Shown in pieces: positions 51,509-64,000 of a DNA stretch of 64,000 nucleotides. The notes beneath the pieces were generated by a model. The model was not told the origin of the DNA. It did not search any database and was given only the letters and a program-made list of their open reading frames with translations. Location of the stretch: positions 30,767-94,766 of the forward strand of contig NIVC01000442.1 in assembly GCA_002269645.1 (NCBI GenBank), written 5' to 3'. The stretch is from Macrostomum lignano (taxonomy: Eukaryota). Both the position numbers and the translations under genes were made by a program. Each line of letters opens with the position of its first letter. The first letter of the stretch is position 1.

Positions 51509-52086
51509 GTATATAATAAAATGAATAAGTAGGCCTACTTTTTTTATTGCCCTTTATAATAAATGTGCTATATATTATATATTTGAATATTGAAAACTAA
51601 TATAAATAGTTTAACCAAAGCTACTATGCCGATGTTTATTTATATTAGCAAAAATAGTATACCTTACCTTAGGGGTATTCTCAATCTTAATCTATTCATT
51701 CTTAATTAATATAGGACCTATTTATATAACTATAGGCCCTTATTATTATTATTAATTAGTATATAGATCTAGATCTATATGCTAATAAAGTCGAAGATCT
51801 AAAATCATTAGACTAAATTAAAAGTAGTCCCTTTGGCTTTGTTTATCTAATAGGCCTAACAACAATACATATATATATATATATATAAAGTATATCTAGG
51901 TCTAGATATATTAAATATTAGGCCATTTTTATTTTAAATAATAGGCTTAGCCTAACTAGTGGAATAACACCATAGACTGGGTTTTTTTTTTGCCAGAGAT
52001 AAGGTGCGAAATCGCACCTTGTGCCAAATTTCAAGGTGCGATTTTAAGGCTCAGAGTGCAATTTCTCTTGAGTCTTGTTTAGAATG

Positions 52087-54550
52087 TGAGGGTTTCACGA
52101 GAGATATTCAGACAGACATTCGAAACGATCGTCTGTAACTTTAAACAAAATTGACCCGCTTCAACCATCTTTTTGGCAAATACTTACGCAAGTGTTGGGT
52201 GTCGAATAAGCTTTAATTTATTAACTGAAGTAAAAATCCTTCTGACATACATTGATTTAAAAATTGCTTAGCAACACTAGCTCTGATTAGAAATCGCTTT
52301 ACTGTTGACTAAAATTGTTTTGATTGTAGCAGCCTAAAAGCAGATACTGGATTTAAAAATGCTTCGATATACGCATGTCTCAGCTTTAAAATGACACCTC
52401 AGGCGTCGCAAAAGACAGCTTTGATGCTGAGATATTCGACACTAAACAATTGCTTTGTGCAAACTCATTCAGAAATTTCACTGATTTTTATCGATATTTG
52501 TGCAGCTGCCATGTCCTTGTTTTTCATCAGAAACTTGTCAAATTCTAGTCATGTCCAGTTTAAACCTGGACTTCTCTTAAACTGTCTTAAGTATTTGATT
52601 TTTAATGATTCCTGCCTTTATATTGCATAGATTGTACCTGAGTCAGTGAGTCTGTGAGTGTACATTTGTACATATGGCGACCAATCATGACTTTTTCACC
52701 GCTTTGCAATTCAAATAAATATACGAGTGTACAAGAAACATGTTCCAATTGTTATTGAGAGAAATTGACGTCGCGTTTATTAACAGTCAGTGGCAATTAA
52801 TATGAAGCAAATAGTTTATTGTTATGTTTTTACTTTTTTTGCGTGGCAATTCTGCTATCCAAATTGGAATGAGGTAAGCGGTGGGAATAAAATAAAAAGG
52901 AAAAATTTTTTCTACTGTTGTTGCAACCCAATAGCTATATGTACTTCAAACTTTTTAGATTGAACAGGCGATTTCTAATGTACTGCTAAGCTTTCCAATC
53001 CCTACGGACTACCGTAGCAGTTCTTAACTTTTTTTCTGTCTTGACTTCTAGACTTGGAATTCGGAACAACCTAAGGAGCCGCATGAAAATATTTAATTGG
53101 ATAAAGATATTTTCTAAAAACAGCTCAAGTCGTGACACATCTTCTTCTCACCTCAGTCCATCAACTGCTGCTCCTTCTGAGACCGAAGCAATCGTGAAAG
53201 TAAAACAGATCAGTTTAGATCCCATGGCCATGAATACAACCATTTCAATTGTGAACCTGCTTTGCTTACGAGTACGAGCACTAGCCTTCCATTTGATGCC
53301 ATTAGCTCACTTAACTCTGAAATAGTTCAAGGATGGTTCCAAATGTTGAGATCTGACGTAGAAGCAGTCCAATTTGCGGAAATTTATCAACTGGACTCCA
53401 TGAATCACTCCAATGAAAGGCGGCAAATAGCTGCAGAATGCGTAAACAAGTTTAAGTGAGTCACAAAACCCCCATTTACAGTAACTACATACACTTGTAC
53501 GTTAGCAAGGCTCCATGCGATGGTTAATAAATGGAGAAGTAGACAAGCATCTGAACAAATATTGAATAAAAATCAGTGAAGTTTCCGAATGTGAGTTTGA
53601 GCAAAGCAATGTTTAGTGTCGAATATCTCAGCATCAAAGCTGTCTTTTGCAACACCTGAGGTGTCATTTTAAAGCTGAGACATGCTTATAGACATGACTA
53701 GAATTTGACGAGATTCTGATGAAAAACAAGGACACGGCAACTGCACAAATATCGACAAAAAATCAGTGAAATTTCTGAATGTGAGTTTGCGCAAAGCAAT
53801 GCATGTTTAGTGTCGAATATCTCAGCATCAAAGCTGTCTTTTGCGACGCCTGAGGTGTCATTTTAAAGCTGAGACATGCGTATAGAGTAAATCGAAGCAT
53901 TTTTAAATCCAGTATCTGCTTTTAGGCTGCTACGATCAAAACAATTTTAGTCAACAGTAAAGCGATTTCTAATCAGAGCTAGTGTTGCTAAGCAATTTTT
54001 AAATCAATGTATGTCAGAAGGATTTTTACTTCAGTTAATAAATTAAAGCTTATTTGACGCCCAACACTTGCGTAAGTATTTGCCAAAAAGATGGTTGAAA
54101 CGGGTCAATTTTGTTTGAAGTTACAGACAATCATTTTGAATGTCTGTCTGAATGGGTCTCCCTAAAACACGCCCCGCACCGCCCTGCAGCGCTACACATT
54201 AAAACAAATTGGACTATAACTAAAGACACTTCAGAATGCGTTTTCTGTTAAGCTTCAAGTTTTTATTAAATTTAGTTTTTTTACTTTGAAATATAAAATT
54301 TGGTGAACAATAAGTGATATTAATAATAATATTAATAATATAATAATATTATAAATTAATAATGAAAACGAGAATATAAAAAAATAATATTTAAAAAAAT
54401 AAATAAAGATGTTTATTCCATTACTATTTTAACTTTTCCTTGCAATCAAATACTGCATTGACAAAAAATGTTATAATGTGTAGCGGTTTGGGGCCCGGTG
54501 CGGGGCGTGTTTTAGGGAGCCCCTGTCTGAATATCTCTCGTGAAACCCTC
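52087..54550. mobile_element. Long-TIR (~470 bp) foldback element nested in the hAT
   Basis: 52087-52556 matches the reverse complement of 53692-54153 plus 54522-54550; part of the right arm is duplicated at ~53563-53690. Confidence 0.85.
54154..54521. mobile_element. 368-bp Mutator-like MITE with 10-bp TSD
   Basis: TIR GGG(T)CTCCCTAAAACACGCCCCGCACC; CTGTCTGAAT duplicated at 54144-54153 and 54522-54531. Confidence 0.88.
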
Positions 54551-56635
54551 ATATTGCTCACATTTCTGACAACTGGGAATGTATATTTTAATATCTTACA
54601 TAAGGCTATAGCTATAGGCTATATCGCCTATATGACTTAATAGGATTTAAAGAGTTATTTTGTTTCATATTTTAAGGCAGTGCATAAAAAATAGCTTAAG
54701 CATGGTTAAGCCTTTAAAGAAAAATGGTTATAAGACCGCACCTAAACCGCACCTACTTTTTTAATTTCAGGGTGCGATTTTAAAATTTAGGGTGCATACG
54801 CACACTCTGCGCACAAAAAAAAACCCTGACCATAGACATGGGCAAAAGCCAAAGTGAGATGGCTAGATAGGCCTAGGGTGCGTGCATAGGCATCCAAAAA
54901 AAAGATGTTATATAGTATATATACAGCATAGCCTGTATAGGCACAAAGCACAACAGTAGGCCCTATAATAGGCCTATGTCATAGCAGCATATGGCCTGGG
55001 CTGGGGCTAACTGGCTAGGGCCTAATCAATCATTGTACTTGTAGTTGTAGTTACACTACAGAGTCAGTTAATACTTTTATAAGAGCCTAGGCCTAGCCCT
55101 ATGCCCCTAGGTGACCCTAGGTCTGACAAAAATCAAATGAAAAATGTTCTCTTCTCTGCTAAAATTATAAATTTACAACACATTGCACAAAAAACACAAC
55201 GTACAAGACTGAAGTTTGGCAGTTTGCTAGGGTCGTACGTACGACCGTCTGAGCCTACCTATGTCTGTCAATTTCCATAGCAAAAGCTAGGCCTAATCGA
55301 TTGAATTTGTCAATAAGTCCAGAATTTGTTTTGAAATTGATTCTATTACAAAATATCATAGATACATAAGATAAAAATAGGAAATAAGATAGGTCTTGTT
55401 GATGCTTCCTTTAAAGTAACATTTCAATATTAGTAGACAGAGTTTGAGGGGCACAAATTTTACCTCATAACTTAAAAGGGCAAAGAAACAGCTGATGATA
55501 GTTTAAAGGTAAAACTGTGTACGAAGAGCAAGTTTGAAAATGCGTTACCAACGACAAGCGCTCACTAGTGGAAACTAAATGCTGAGCTCTCTTTTGTCTA
55601 TAATGCTAGAGACGCTCACAAATATCAAGGATCTTTAACGTAGAGAGTAAGAATTTTTACTCCGAAGGAATAGAGTGATTGTAAACACAGAAGCAAGCAA
55701 GTCCCTGAAGTTACGTAATTGTCCTTTGTTGAAAGCAAGCTACATTTACAACAGTATTGGTTTTGCTACGGCTGTTTTCATTTTGATTGTCCATTTTCTC
55801 ATATTGATTGTCAAAACCAATACAACTGCAATCACAAACAAACAAACTTTTCTTAAAGAATAAGGTAACGTAGCGGCAACTATTAAAAGTACAAGGACGA
55901 TGTTTTGCACTATAGGCAGCGACTGCCCAAAGAATAACAACACAGAAAGTTGAATGCACGGTACAAAAAAGAGAGGCTTACGCCCATCGGTGCGCGCCCA
56001 TGTACATGTATTTTTTAAAGTGTACCTACCCTTTTTGCTCAAAGAATTAGGATTCTAGGTTCATTTTATTCTATGTTAATTATATGTTAATCGACTGTTT
56101 GACATTGCAATGTTAGGCGCGCTGATTCATCCCATTCGAATTTCAATTCCTACGTTGCATCGATCCACTCTATTATCTACTGTAGCTCGTACTCACCAGT
56201 CACCACGTGTATGCTCAATGAGAGATAAAAGAGTAGAAATATAAATCATCCGAGTCAATATCGCTCACAGTGCACTCGCTCCACTCCACACTACTGTATA
56301 GTTTTGTTGAAAGGTCAGCAACCAATACGATTATTGATTATACGAGTATACGAGTTATCAAAATAACATCCCAAAGTAAAATGCACCCGCGGGGCGCTGT
56401 AGGACACATTTTTCGCTCGTACGGTGTATCTCCTGTGGGATCGTGCCACATCTCCGGTGAGATAATTCCGCCCATACTAATTACATGTACTTCGACCGCA
56501 ATGAGCAGCGCGCGAGGATCCTGTGCACGTGTGTACATGCATATATACAATGCATGTTCATTTCCACTGCACCTTACGTTGTTGTGCAGTTCCGTATATG
56601 GGCTGAGGAACCAGGCATGCGGTGATATGGGGGTC

Positions 56636-56904
56636 GCTTCACAAGCTCGAAATTTCACAAACTCGAAAAGCACTTCCTTTCACAAACCCGAAACTTCATA
56701 AGCTCGAAATTTCACAACCTCGAAAGCCTATGAAGCTTATCGCCTGCTAAAATGGTTTTCGAGGTTGTGAAATTTCGAGCTTATGAAGTTTCGGGTTTGT
56801 GAAAGGAAGTGCTTTTCGAGGTTGTGAAATTTCGAGCTTTTGAAATTTCGAGCTTATGAAAAGTAACTGGTTTCGAGGTTGTGAAATTTCGAGCTTGTGA
56901 AAGC
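56636..56904. mobile_element. Palindromic MITE built of TTCACAA-CTCGAAA subrepeats
   Basis: ~90-bp arms (56637-56727 vs 56756-56845) around a ~28-nt loop; terminal GCTTCACAAGCTCGAAATTTCAC / GTGAAATTTCGAGCTTGTGAAAGC. Confidence 0.8.
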
Positions 56905-57159
56905 AAACCGTGATATGGCCCTGGGAAACTGTGGTGAAATTTTTTTATTCGAATGCAATCAGATAAAATTCGAATTTGACATCGTCCAAGACTATGCACT
57001 GTCCAGAGCTCCCTCGCTCCATTGATCTCCCATCCCTCCTTATATCTTCCTCTCTTTAGAGGCTCGCAAGAGAAGGGTGCGAGAGAAGGGTATCGTTTAT
57101 TTGTCAGACAGTTCTTATATATTACCGTTACATTGCAATGGGAAATCGGGCATAGGGAG

Positions 57160-57226
57160 GTGCGCACCAAGGACCACTAGAAGAAGTCCTTCTGAAGGAC
57201 TTCTTCTAGTGGTCCTTGGTGCGCAC
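57160..57226. repeat. Perfect 33-bp inverted repeat with 1-nt spacer
   Basis: GTGCGCACCAAGGACCACTAGAAGAAGTCCTTC-T-GAAGGACTTCTTCTAGTGGTCCTTGGTGCGCAC. Confidence 0.97.
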
Positions 57227-58622
57227 ACAGAAGCGTGAGTCATTTATCCCAGACACATCCAAGCTGGCTGGCTGGGTGCAGTCACCCCACCAGCATGGCG
57301 TGCTGGAGCCTGCGTGCGAACGCACAAGTTCTCGATCCCGGCTGTCACGCCGGGTTCTTCTTCTACAGTAGACCGGCTGTAGAAGGTCTACTATTCAGAG
57401 GTCCGTGCGGCTGTGCACCGCCACACCTCCCTCTTTTTATTTTAGCTCTCATCCAAGGAAATCTGGATCTCAATTCCTCACTCTCTCTCCCCCCTCTCTC
57501 CTCCCTGGTTTTGCCATTTGAATTTTCGCATATTTCCTCGAGTCTACCAGAAATTCTGTTAGTCTATTCCGTACATTGGAAAACGAAGTGATAGCAAACC
57601 TTGGGCGGCAGGATGCGGGCAGAGAGAAGGGGGACAGGCCGACAGGGTCGCACGATCGGGTTAAGTGAGCAGCATTAATCTATCGCTGCGCCCTGGGACC
57701 TGAGGAACCGAGGGTGTAGGTCTGAGTCTGGTCCGAGTGGAAGATGAGAATTTGGGAGGAAGAGGAACAGGGTAATTCAGCAGCCTGCAATGCCAGAGGG
57801 GGTTTCTGCTTCATCCGCTACACTTCCTCTTCTCAGCTGCTGCGAGCGACCCCCTCCTGCGTTGTACCTTCCTCGTTCCTGGCTTTCGGCCGAAACCTCA
57901 CCCAGCCCCTTTCCCCTCGTTTTCCTTGCAGATTTTCTCGCCCAAGCTCAGATCACACAGCTCCACGCTCTTTTCCTTGCTCCGACTCACACTCTACAGA
58001 AAATGGACCCGTCGCTCAATCTGTCCGTGAGTCCACCACCCCACACCAAGTCTGATCCTCTTCCTCCTCGCGTCCCTCTCCCCTGCCCTCCCAGTAATTT
58101 AGAGTCCGCCTGTGCACATGACTGGGAAAGAGTGGAAGGATAGCTACATAGGGAAGAGGGGAAGAACTGCGGATAGGGAAACCAGGCAGTAGGGTTGTAA
58201 AGTTTGAAGCGCTTGGCTCTGGGATTTCTATCCCAGCCCGTTCCATCCCTGCCTTGCTGCCTCTCTCCCTCTCGCCCTATTCTTCCCACTTCACTTCAGT
58301 CGTCGTCTGCTCCCTGCCCTCCGTTGCCCGACCCGGTGCGTTTCTCTCTGTAGCTAGTGTACATTCGAGGGCTTTAGGCTTCCCGTCCACGTCTTGCTGA
58401 GTTGTCCTCCCTCTCGGCTTACTGGTACATGCGCGGACAGCCAACACCCCACCCATATAGTTACCCGACCTCTCTTCCTTTCCGCAGCCACCGCAGCTAG
58501 TAGCAAGGCAAAGCCCAGTTTGTTAAAAGCGATCAAGCAGCTGTGCGTTCAATAAATTCAACAGTACCAACTACCGCGGTGAGCAAATTATTATCTAGCA
58601 ACTACTCAACAGTCTAGTCGGT

Positions 58623-59950
58623 ATGGGAAAACTGGACATTTTTGAGATTAAGCTGGAGGCTGGAGGTCCCTTCCTGTCTGGCGGAGTAATCAACGGCGAC
58701 GTCCTGCTACGCCTGAAGAAAGACATCGACATTGCCGCGTAGCTGTGTACCTGTACGGCGGTGGCCAGGTAGAATTCGTTGACGGCTCCGGCGGCAACGC
58801 GGCATCGTCATCCCGGCCAACTTACGAGGATCACGAGACGTACGTTCGCCTGGCCCAGATTGTGTACTCAAAGAACAGCTCGCACCAGACAGGGCCGCTG
58901 CGCCGCATCTGTCGCAACGAGCTGTACAAGTTCAAGTTCGAGTTCCGCCTGCCGGCCGACCTGCCCAGCTCATTCATGACCGTAGTGTTCTACAAACTGA
59001 CCGCTTTCCTGGACTGCGGCGGTAAAAGCCACGAGACCACTGTGCCCATTGTGGTGATTAACGATCTGGACCTAAACCGCTATCGCGGCCGTGTAGCCCT
59101 AGCCGAGCCTATCGACGTTTGGTCGCCAGCCCGGTCCCGCTCCGACACCGGCCTGATCTCCGCCCGCCTGGTAGCCAACAAGCGCGGCTACGCCATCGGC
59201 GAGACTCTGACAATGCAGGTCGAGATCTACAATAATTCGCGAGCCAAACTCGAGAACATCAACGCCTGTCTGGTGCAGAAAGGCGTGATGAAGGCCTACG
59301 GAGCCGGCGGTCTCCAGCTGCGCCGGGTTCAGCGACTGCTGGTGAAGAACCTGTGCCTGGGCAGGCTGCGCAACGCCGAAAGACTGCTTGTTGATGACGC
59401 TAAGCTGGCGCTGCCGTGGCTGGTCACCAGCGAGGTGGAGCGCAGCAGCCGGCTGATTGAGATTGAGTACTACCTGCAGCTGACCAGCAGCACGCCGCTC
59501 ATCTCGGCTGTGACCGGCGCCCCGCTATCACAGATTGTCTGCGTGGGCCCCGACTATCGCAAGTCCGAGGTGGTGAGCGTGCTCGCCGAGGAGCAAATAG
59601 TCATTGGCATGCGGGCGTTGCGCGAGCCAGCGGTTGCTATGGAAACTGACCAACAACAGTCGCAGCAGCAGCAGCAGCAGCAGCAGCCAAATCAACCGCT
59701 GCAACAGCTGCAGCAGCAGCAGCAGCAGCTGTATCCCAGCATCAACGGAGCTGCCGGTGGTTCGGCTGTACCAACGGCGCCACCCCCGCCGCCGCCAGAC
59801 GGCACCGACTTGACGATGTTCACCATGATACCGTCCGCGCCGCCGAGCTACGACGAGGCAATCGGCGGAGGCGGCAACGGGCACCCTGAGAAGGTGCCGC
59901 TCAGCAGTCCGACAGACTCGGGCGACTCGCCGGAAAGGGAGGCCAACTGA
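58623..59950 (+). CDS. Alpha-arrestin (arrestin-domain-containing protein), intronless, ~442 aa; apparent 1-nt deletion at ~58735
   Basis: MGKLDIFEIKL..GGVINGDVLLRL (arrestin-N start) joins VAVYLYGG..Y..YKFKFEFRLPADLPSSF..VFYKLTAFLD..NKRGYAIGE..VEIYNNS..IEIEYYLQL if one C is added; C-terminal PPSY motif. Confidence 0.88.
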
Positions 59951-61161
59951 CGGATACGCGGTTACTCAAAGTTTAAACGCCACGTACAAACTTGTACAGA
60001 AGTGTTCCATCGATTCATTGATCCAACAAGCTCTACTTTGCTTTCTGCGATGTGTTTGTAACTGTCGGAGCCAGTCAGTACGGACTGTTGTGAAGTACAG
60101 CAGCGCACTGTTAGTTTATGCTCATTCAAGGTCCAACTCAGTTCATCATTTATTATAGAAAAGGAAGCTGTATTCGAGAAAAACCAACCTGCATTCATTA
60201 ATTTAACAGATTTTTCCGACCCAGAGTCGTTAGCAAACACCTGCCCGAGTCCTTATGCGTTATTGTAGTGCCCAGAGTGTATGCACCCTCCTGTGTCCTG
60301 ACAGTGCACTTTGTAAAATACTGTTCATAATATTGCTAATAATGCTATTCTACACAATAGTTTACCAGAGTATTCCGCGTTTCTTCGAATCTTCTTAGCG
60401 GAGGTTTTACCCAAACAAAATTTCCTATAGCTGCGCACGCCTTTGCACTTATCAATGTGAAATTATTAATATTCCTCTCGAATCATCGATGGCATGTTAG
60501 CGGCACATTCGCTCTAGGCAGAGCTCTACACAGCCTCTGGCTGATGTGGGGCTTGTGGTCTTTCATTTCCCAGCCTCCACGCGCACACAAACACAGAAAG
60601 CACGAGATTCAAGCTTAGGCCCTCGCTGCAAACTCAATTCGTGTTTTTAGTTCTTGTTTGATCCGCACCAACTCGCTTCTCGCTCCCCAAGTCGAATTGC
60701 ATGGCGGCACAGTTATAACCTCTCGCACTATTAGAAAAAACTGTTTATTAAAGTTTATTATTTGTCTTTATACCGCTGCGATTATTATAATACTATATAC
60801 GACATAAGTGCGGACTTCCTGCGCTCGTTGCAGATAGCGTTCAGATCCTTCTGATATGCTTGGGATAACAATACGATCGGAGTGTTTTGTGCAGTTCTTA
60901 TTTATGACAAAACTGAATGGATTTCCTAGAAAGTCATGTCAATCCAGTGAGCCACAGGCAGTCCTTAACGAATCGAGCTTGCCACTTGCCAATGTAGGCC
61001 GGCAAGCCAAAAAGATTGATGAGGCGAAGTTGATTTGCATGCATGCTTCTCTTTTCTCTCCACTCGTTTCACTCTCAATTGGGCGGCACGCTCTGAGACC
61101 TTCCGCCTCCTACCTCGCTGTATGCAGCCGCCGTAGCAGGAGCAGCAGCAGGAGCCCTAGG

Positions 61162-61834
61162 CCAGACCAGCCCCAACCCCGATCTGACGATAGCGACAGA
61201 CAGCCTGAGCGCCATCATGGCACTGAGTGCCGGACCACTCGACCAGTCCGACTCAGTTGCCGCCGACTACTGGGACCGGCTCAGCGACCTCCAAAGAGCC
61301 GGCATCAAGACCAAATTCATCTGGGTCCCGGCTCACTGCGGCGTGTCCGGCAACGAAGCCGCGGACGAGGCGGCCAACCGAGCTGCCGCCCTGGACCAAA
61401 GCCGCGCGCCAATTCAACTCAGCGCCGTCAAGGCAGCCATCCGCCGCTGCAGACGCGCGCTCGACACCGCCGCCACGGGACCGGCCTGGCCTCCCGCAAC
61501 GGACCTGCCTAGGAAGCAGCAGGTGCTCATCAACCAACTCCGGGCGGGGGGCAGCATCATCAACGGTACCACCCGTCACCGCATGGGACTCGACCCGTCG
61601 CCCCTCTGCCCCGACTGCGGCGCGGAGAACACCGTCGACCACCTAATACACCACTGCCCGCGCGGGGACGGATGGAGAGCACTCAGCGGCACGCCGGCCT
61701 GGGACCTGATGGGGAACCCGACGGCCTTACTTGGACTGCTGCGCAGGATGGGGCGCCTCTAACAGGGGCCGCCCCCGGCCACATCGACCCCGTCGAACCG
61801 GCCGCGTCTGGAAGAAGAAAGAAAGAAAGAAAGA
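61162..61834 (+). mobile_element. 5'-truncated I-group LINE (RNase H end and CCHC finger) with (GAAA)n tail
   Basis: TIATDSLSAIMAL..WVPAHCGVSGNEAADEAA..QLRAG..CPDCGAENTVDHLIHHC; 12-bp TSD AGGAGCCCTAGG at 61150-61161 and 61835-61846. Confidence 0.9.
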
Positions 61835-62564
61835 AGGAGCCCTAGGTTTGTCCCGGGGAGCGTCCAGAGAAGACGGTGCACAACTGCCTGCCATTTTTGA
61901 GAGGATGGGCTTTTGGGGACAATGTCTGGAGAGAGCTTTTTAACCTCAATGGCCAGATAGAGAATCCAGCTCATGGCTGCGGACAAGATGAGAGAGGAAA
62001 GGAGAGGGAATAGAGGATGAGAGATGAGAGAAGGAGAAGAGAGGCAAGAGATGGCATGAGAGAAAAGGTAAGAGGAGAGGAGAGGAGAGAGGGCATAGAG
62101 GGTAGAGAAGAGAGCTGAGAAAGAGACACAAACCTTGAGCTGGCCGGATTGCTATTGGGAAGTTTCAATGGACCCGTGGGCCGGATAGAGAGGCTTTGCG
62201 AGCCGCATGTGGACCTGAGTTTGCTGACCCCTGCTCTACACTGTGCATTTAATCTCTCACGATCATTCTGAACTATCTGATCCTTTGCTGCAGAGCGATA
62301 CTATCAAGAGAAACACTTTAAATTGATAAATATGGTAATTGACTGCAAAATAAATCATGTTATAACGAATGGAAACTATTTTTAGTTGCCTACTAATGAG
62401 TAGCAAAAAGCGCTTGAAAAGAAGAAATTTTAATCTGAATCTGGTCAAATAATTCAGTTAGTCATAGTCAATAATGAACCATTTAATTGCTATTAATATG
62501 ATAGAACTGGCTCAAATTATAACGAGAAATACATGAGTTATTTGTTAGCTATCATGAGATAAGT

Positions 62565-62860
62565 CCTTACAGTCTGACACCGATCATGAGATGAGTCATT
62601 ACAGTCTGACACGGATCATGAGATGAGTCATTACAGTCTGACACCGATTATGAGATGAGTCATTACAGTCTGACACCGATTATGAGATGAGTCATTACAG
62701 TCTGAAACAGATCATGAGATAAGTCATTATAGTCTGACACCGATTATGAGATGAGTCATTACAGTTTGACACCGATCATGAGATGAGTCATTACAGTTTG
62801 ACACCGATTATGAGATGAGTAACTACAGTCTGAAACCGATTATGAGATGAGTCATTACAG
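62565..62860. repeat. 32-bp tandem repeat ATGAGATGAGTCATTACAGTCTGACACCGAT(C/T)
   Basis: Period 32 (62586/62618); about 9 copies. Confidence 0.94.
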
Positions 62861-63744
62861 TTCATTCACATCTCATGCCTTTTCAAGCCTCAATAAGATA
62901 TCTTTTAGCATTTATTCAGCTTCAAAGCTACATTTGTCAAAATTTGAAAAAGTGAAAAAGTCGAGTTTTTCCAATGTTCACCAATGTTTACCAATGTTTC
63001 TCCAGGGCAATCGAGTTTAAATATTTCATATGTGTTTTGATTCAATCAAATCACAAAACGATGTCACAAACAAATTTAAGAAATCGGCGTAGATCCCGAT
63101 ACGAGCTATGCTTTCCAAGATGTCAGTTGACATGGACGTAATATATGAAATTGCTCGTAAAGGTTATATTGGAATATTGGTTAAACAATGGCTAATTTCA
63201 TTTTGACAACTTGGATGGTGCAAAAGGTTCTAATAGTATGCCAATGAGCTTAAATTAACCAGCTAATAGCGGACAGTAATCACGGGCAACACGACATACT
63301 TATTTTAAAGTAGTATAATAATTAAATATTTAATTTTAGTTTTACACTCGAATTGCCGTAAAAATAATATTTTAATCATCAGTGCTACCCTGAACTACTT
63401 ACAATACTCTTAGTAGTATTGCAAGCATTGCAGCAGTATGCAATGTAAAGTTGAGGAGTGACCATGTATGTCATCATGAGAAAATCTTAGAAAATTGGAT
63501 AATCAAGGTTAGCAAAGAATTATTTAGCATATAGAAATAGAAAGGATGGAACAGCAGTAAATAAAATAGCGATAAAAGTAGCTTGAACAGATCTCCAGAA
63601 CTAGAAAAATTGCTGAAAATCCATTGACATTGTACATGTCACTGGCATTTGACAGTTCCGCCTTTCTTCAAGCTATCAACTCCAAAACCCCCTGGTGCGC
63701 ACTAACATTCTCTTATAACCGACTGAATACTCACCCGATACCAA

Positions 63745-64000
63745 CCTCACTCTAGGACACCCACCTCATTCCCAGACACCTACCTCACTCCAGGACACCT
63801 ACCTCCCTCCAGGACACCCACCTCACTCTAGGATACCCACTCCACTTCAGGACACCCACCTCACTCCAGGACACCCACCCACTCCAGGACAGCCACCTCA
63901 CTCTAGGATACCCACGCCTCTCCAGGACACCCACCTCACTCCAGGACACCAACCTCACTCCAGGACACCCAACTCATTCCAGGACACCCACCTCACTCCA
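63745..64000. repeat. 19-bp tandem repeat ACTCCAGGACACCCACCTC (runs off the window)
   Basis: Period 19 (63791/63810). Confidence 0.92.

Larger units (their letters stand above)
51977..54828. mobile_element. Non-autonomous hAT element with nested insertions, 2.85 kb
   Basis: TIR C(T)GGGTTTTTTTTT / AAAAAAAAACCCTG; perfect 8-bp TSD ACCATAGA (51969-51976, 54829-54836); GGTGCG subterminal repeats at both ends. Confidence 0.88.

Noticed and set aside
57600-57760. CTGAGGA as a hammerhead ribozyme core
   Set aside because: No correctly spaced GAAA or stems follow.
60856-61512. 218-aa ORF overlapping the truncated LINE
   Set aside because: Chance read-through across a TE junction; the meaningful frame is 61163-61762.

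Overview
Eukaryotic (animal) genomic DNA that is very rich in repeats. The GC-rich, polyQ/polyS-containing exons separated by satellite-filled introns resemble a free-living flatworm such as Macrostomum; the species is an inference only. Three host genes are supported. (1) A six-exon AMPK catalytic alpha subunit on the minus strand (27276->18149, 569 aa) with a divergent activation loop. (2) A klumpfuss-type C2H2 zinc-finger gene on the minus strand, with two coding exons (47947-47475 and 31526-31334) split by a 15.9-kb intron. (3) An intronless alpha-arrestin on the plus strand (58623-59950) with one apparent frameshift. The rest is mobile DNA and tandem repeats. Retroelements: an internally deleted Gypsy LTR element (2507-6889, minus; Leu-tRNA PBS and PPT) inserted in a 39-bp satellite, with its solo LTR amplified into a higher-order repeat; a ~1-kb LTR-like insertion in its RT; a full-length LOA/R1-type LINE with intact ORF2 (11789-17689); and a 5'-truncated RNase H LINE. 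DNA elements: several TIR/foldback elements (hAT, Tc1/IS630-like, MULE-like), including a three-level nest. There is also a 3.5/4.2-kb tandem duplication carrying an empty and a filled transposon site, and about 20 distinct minisatellites. No CRISPR array, rRNA or tRNA gene was found. The most unusual signals are a private minisatellite just downstream of every AMPK splice donor, and the solo-LTR/satellite higher-order repeat.
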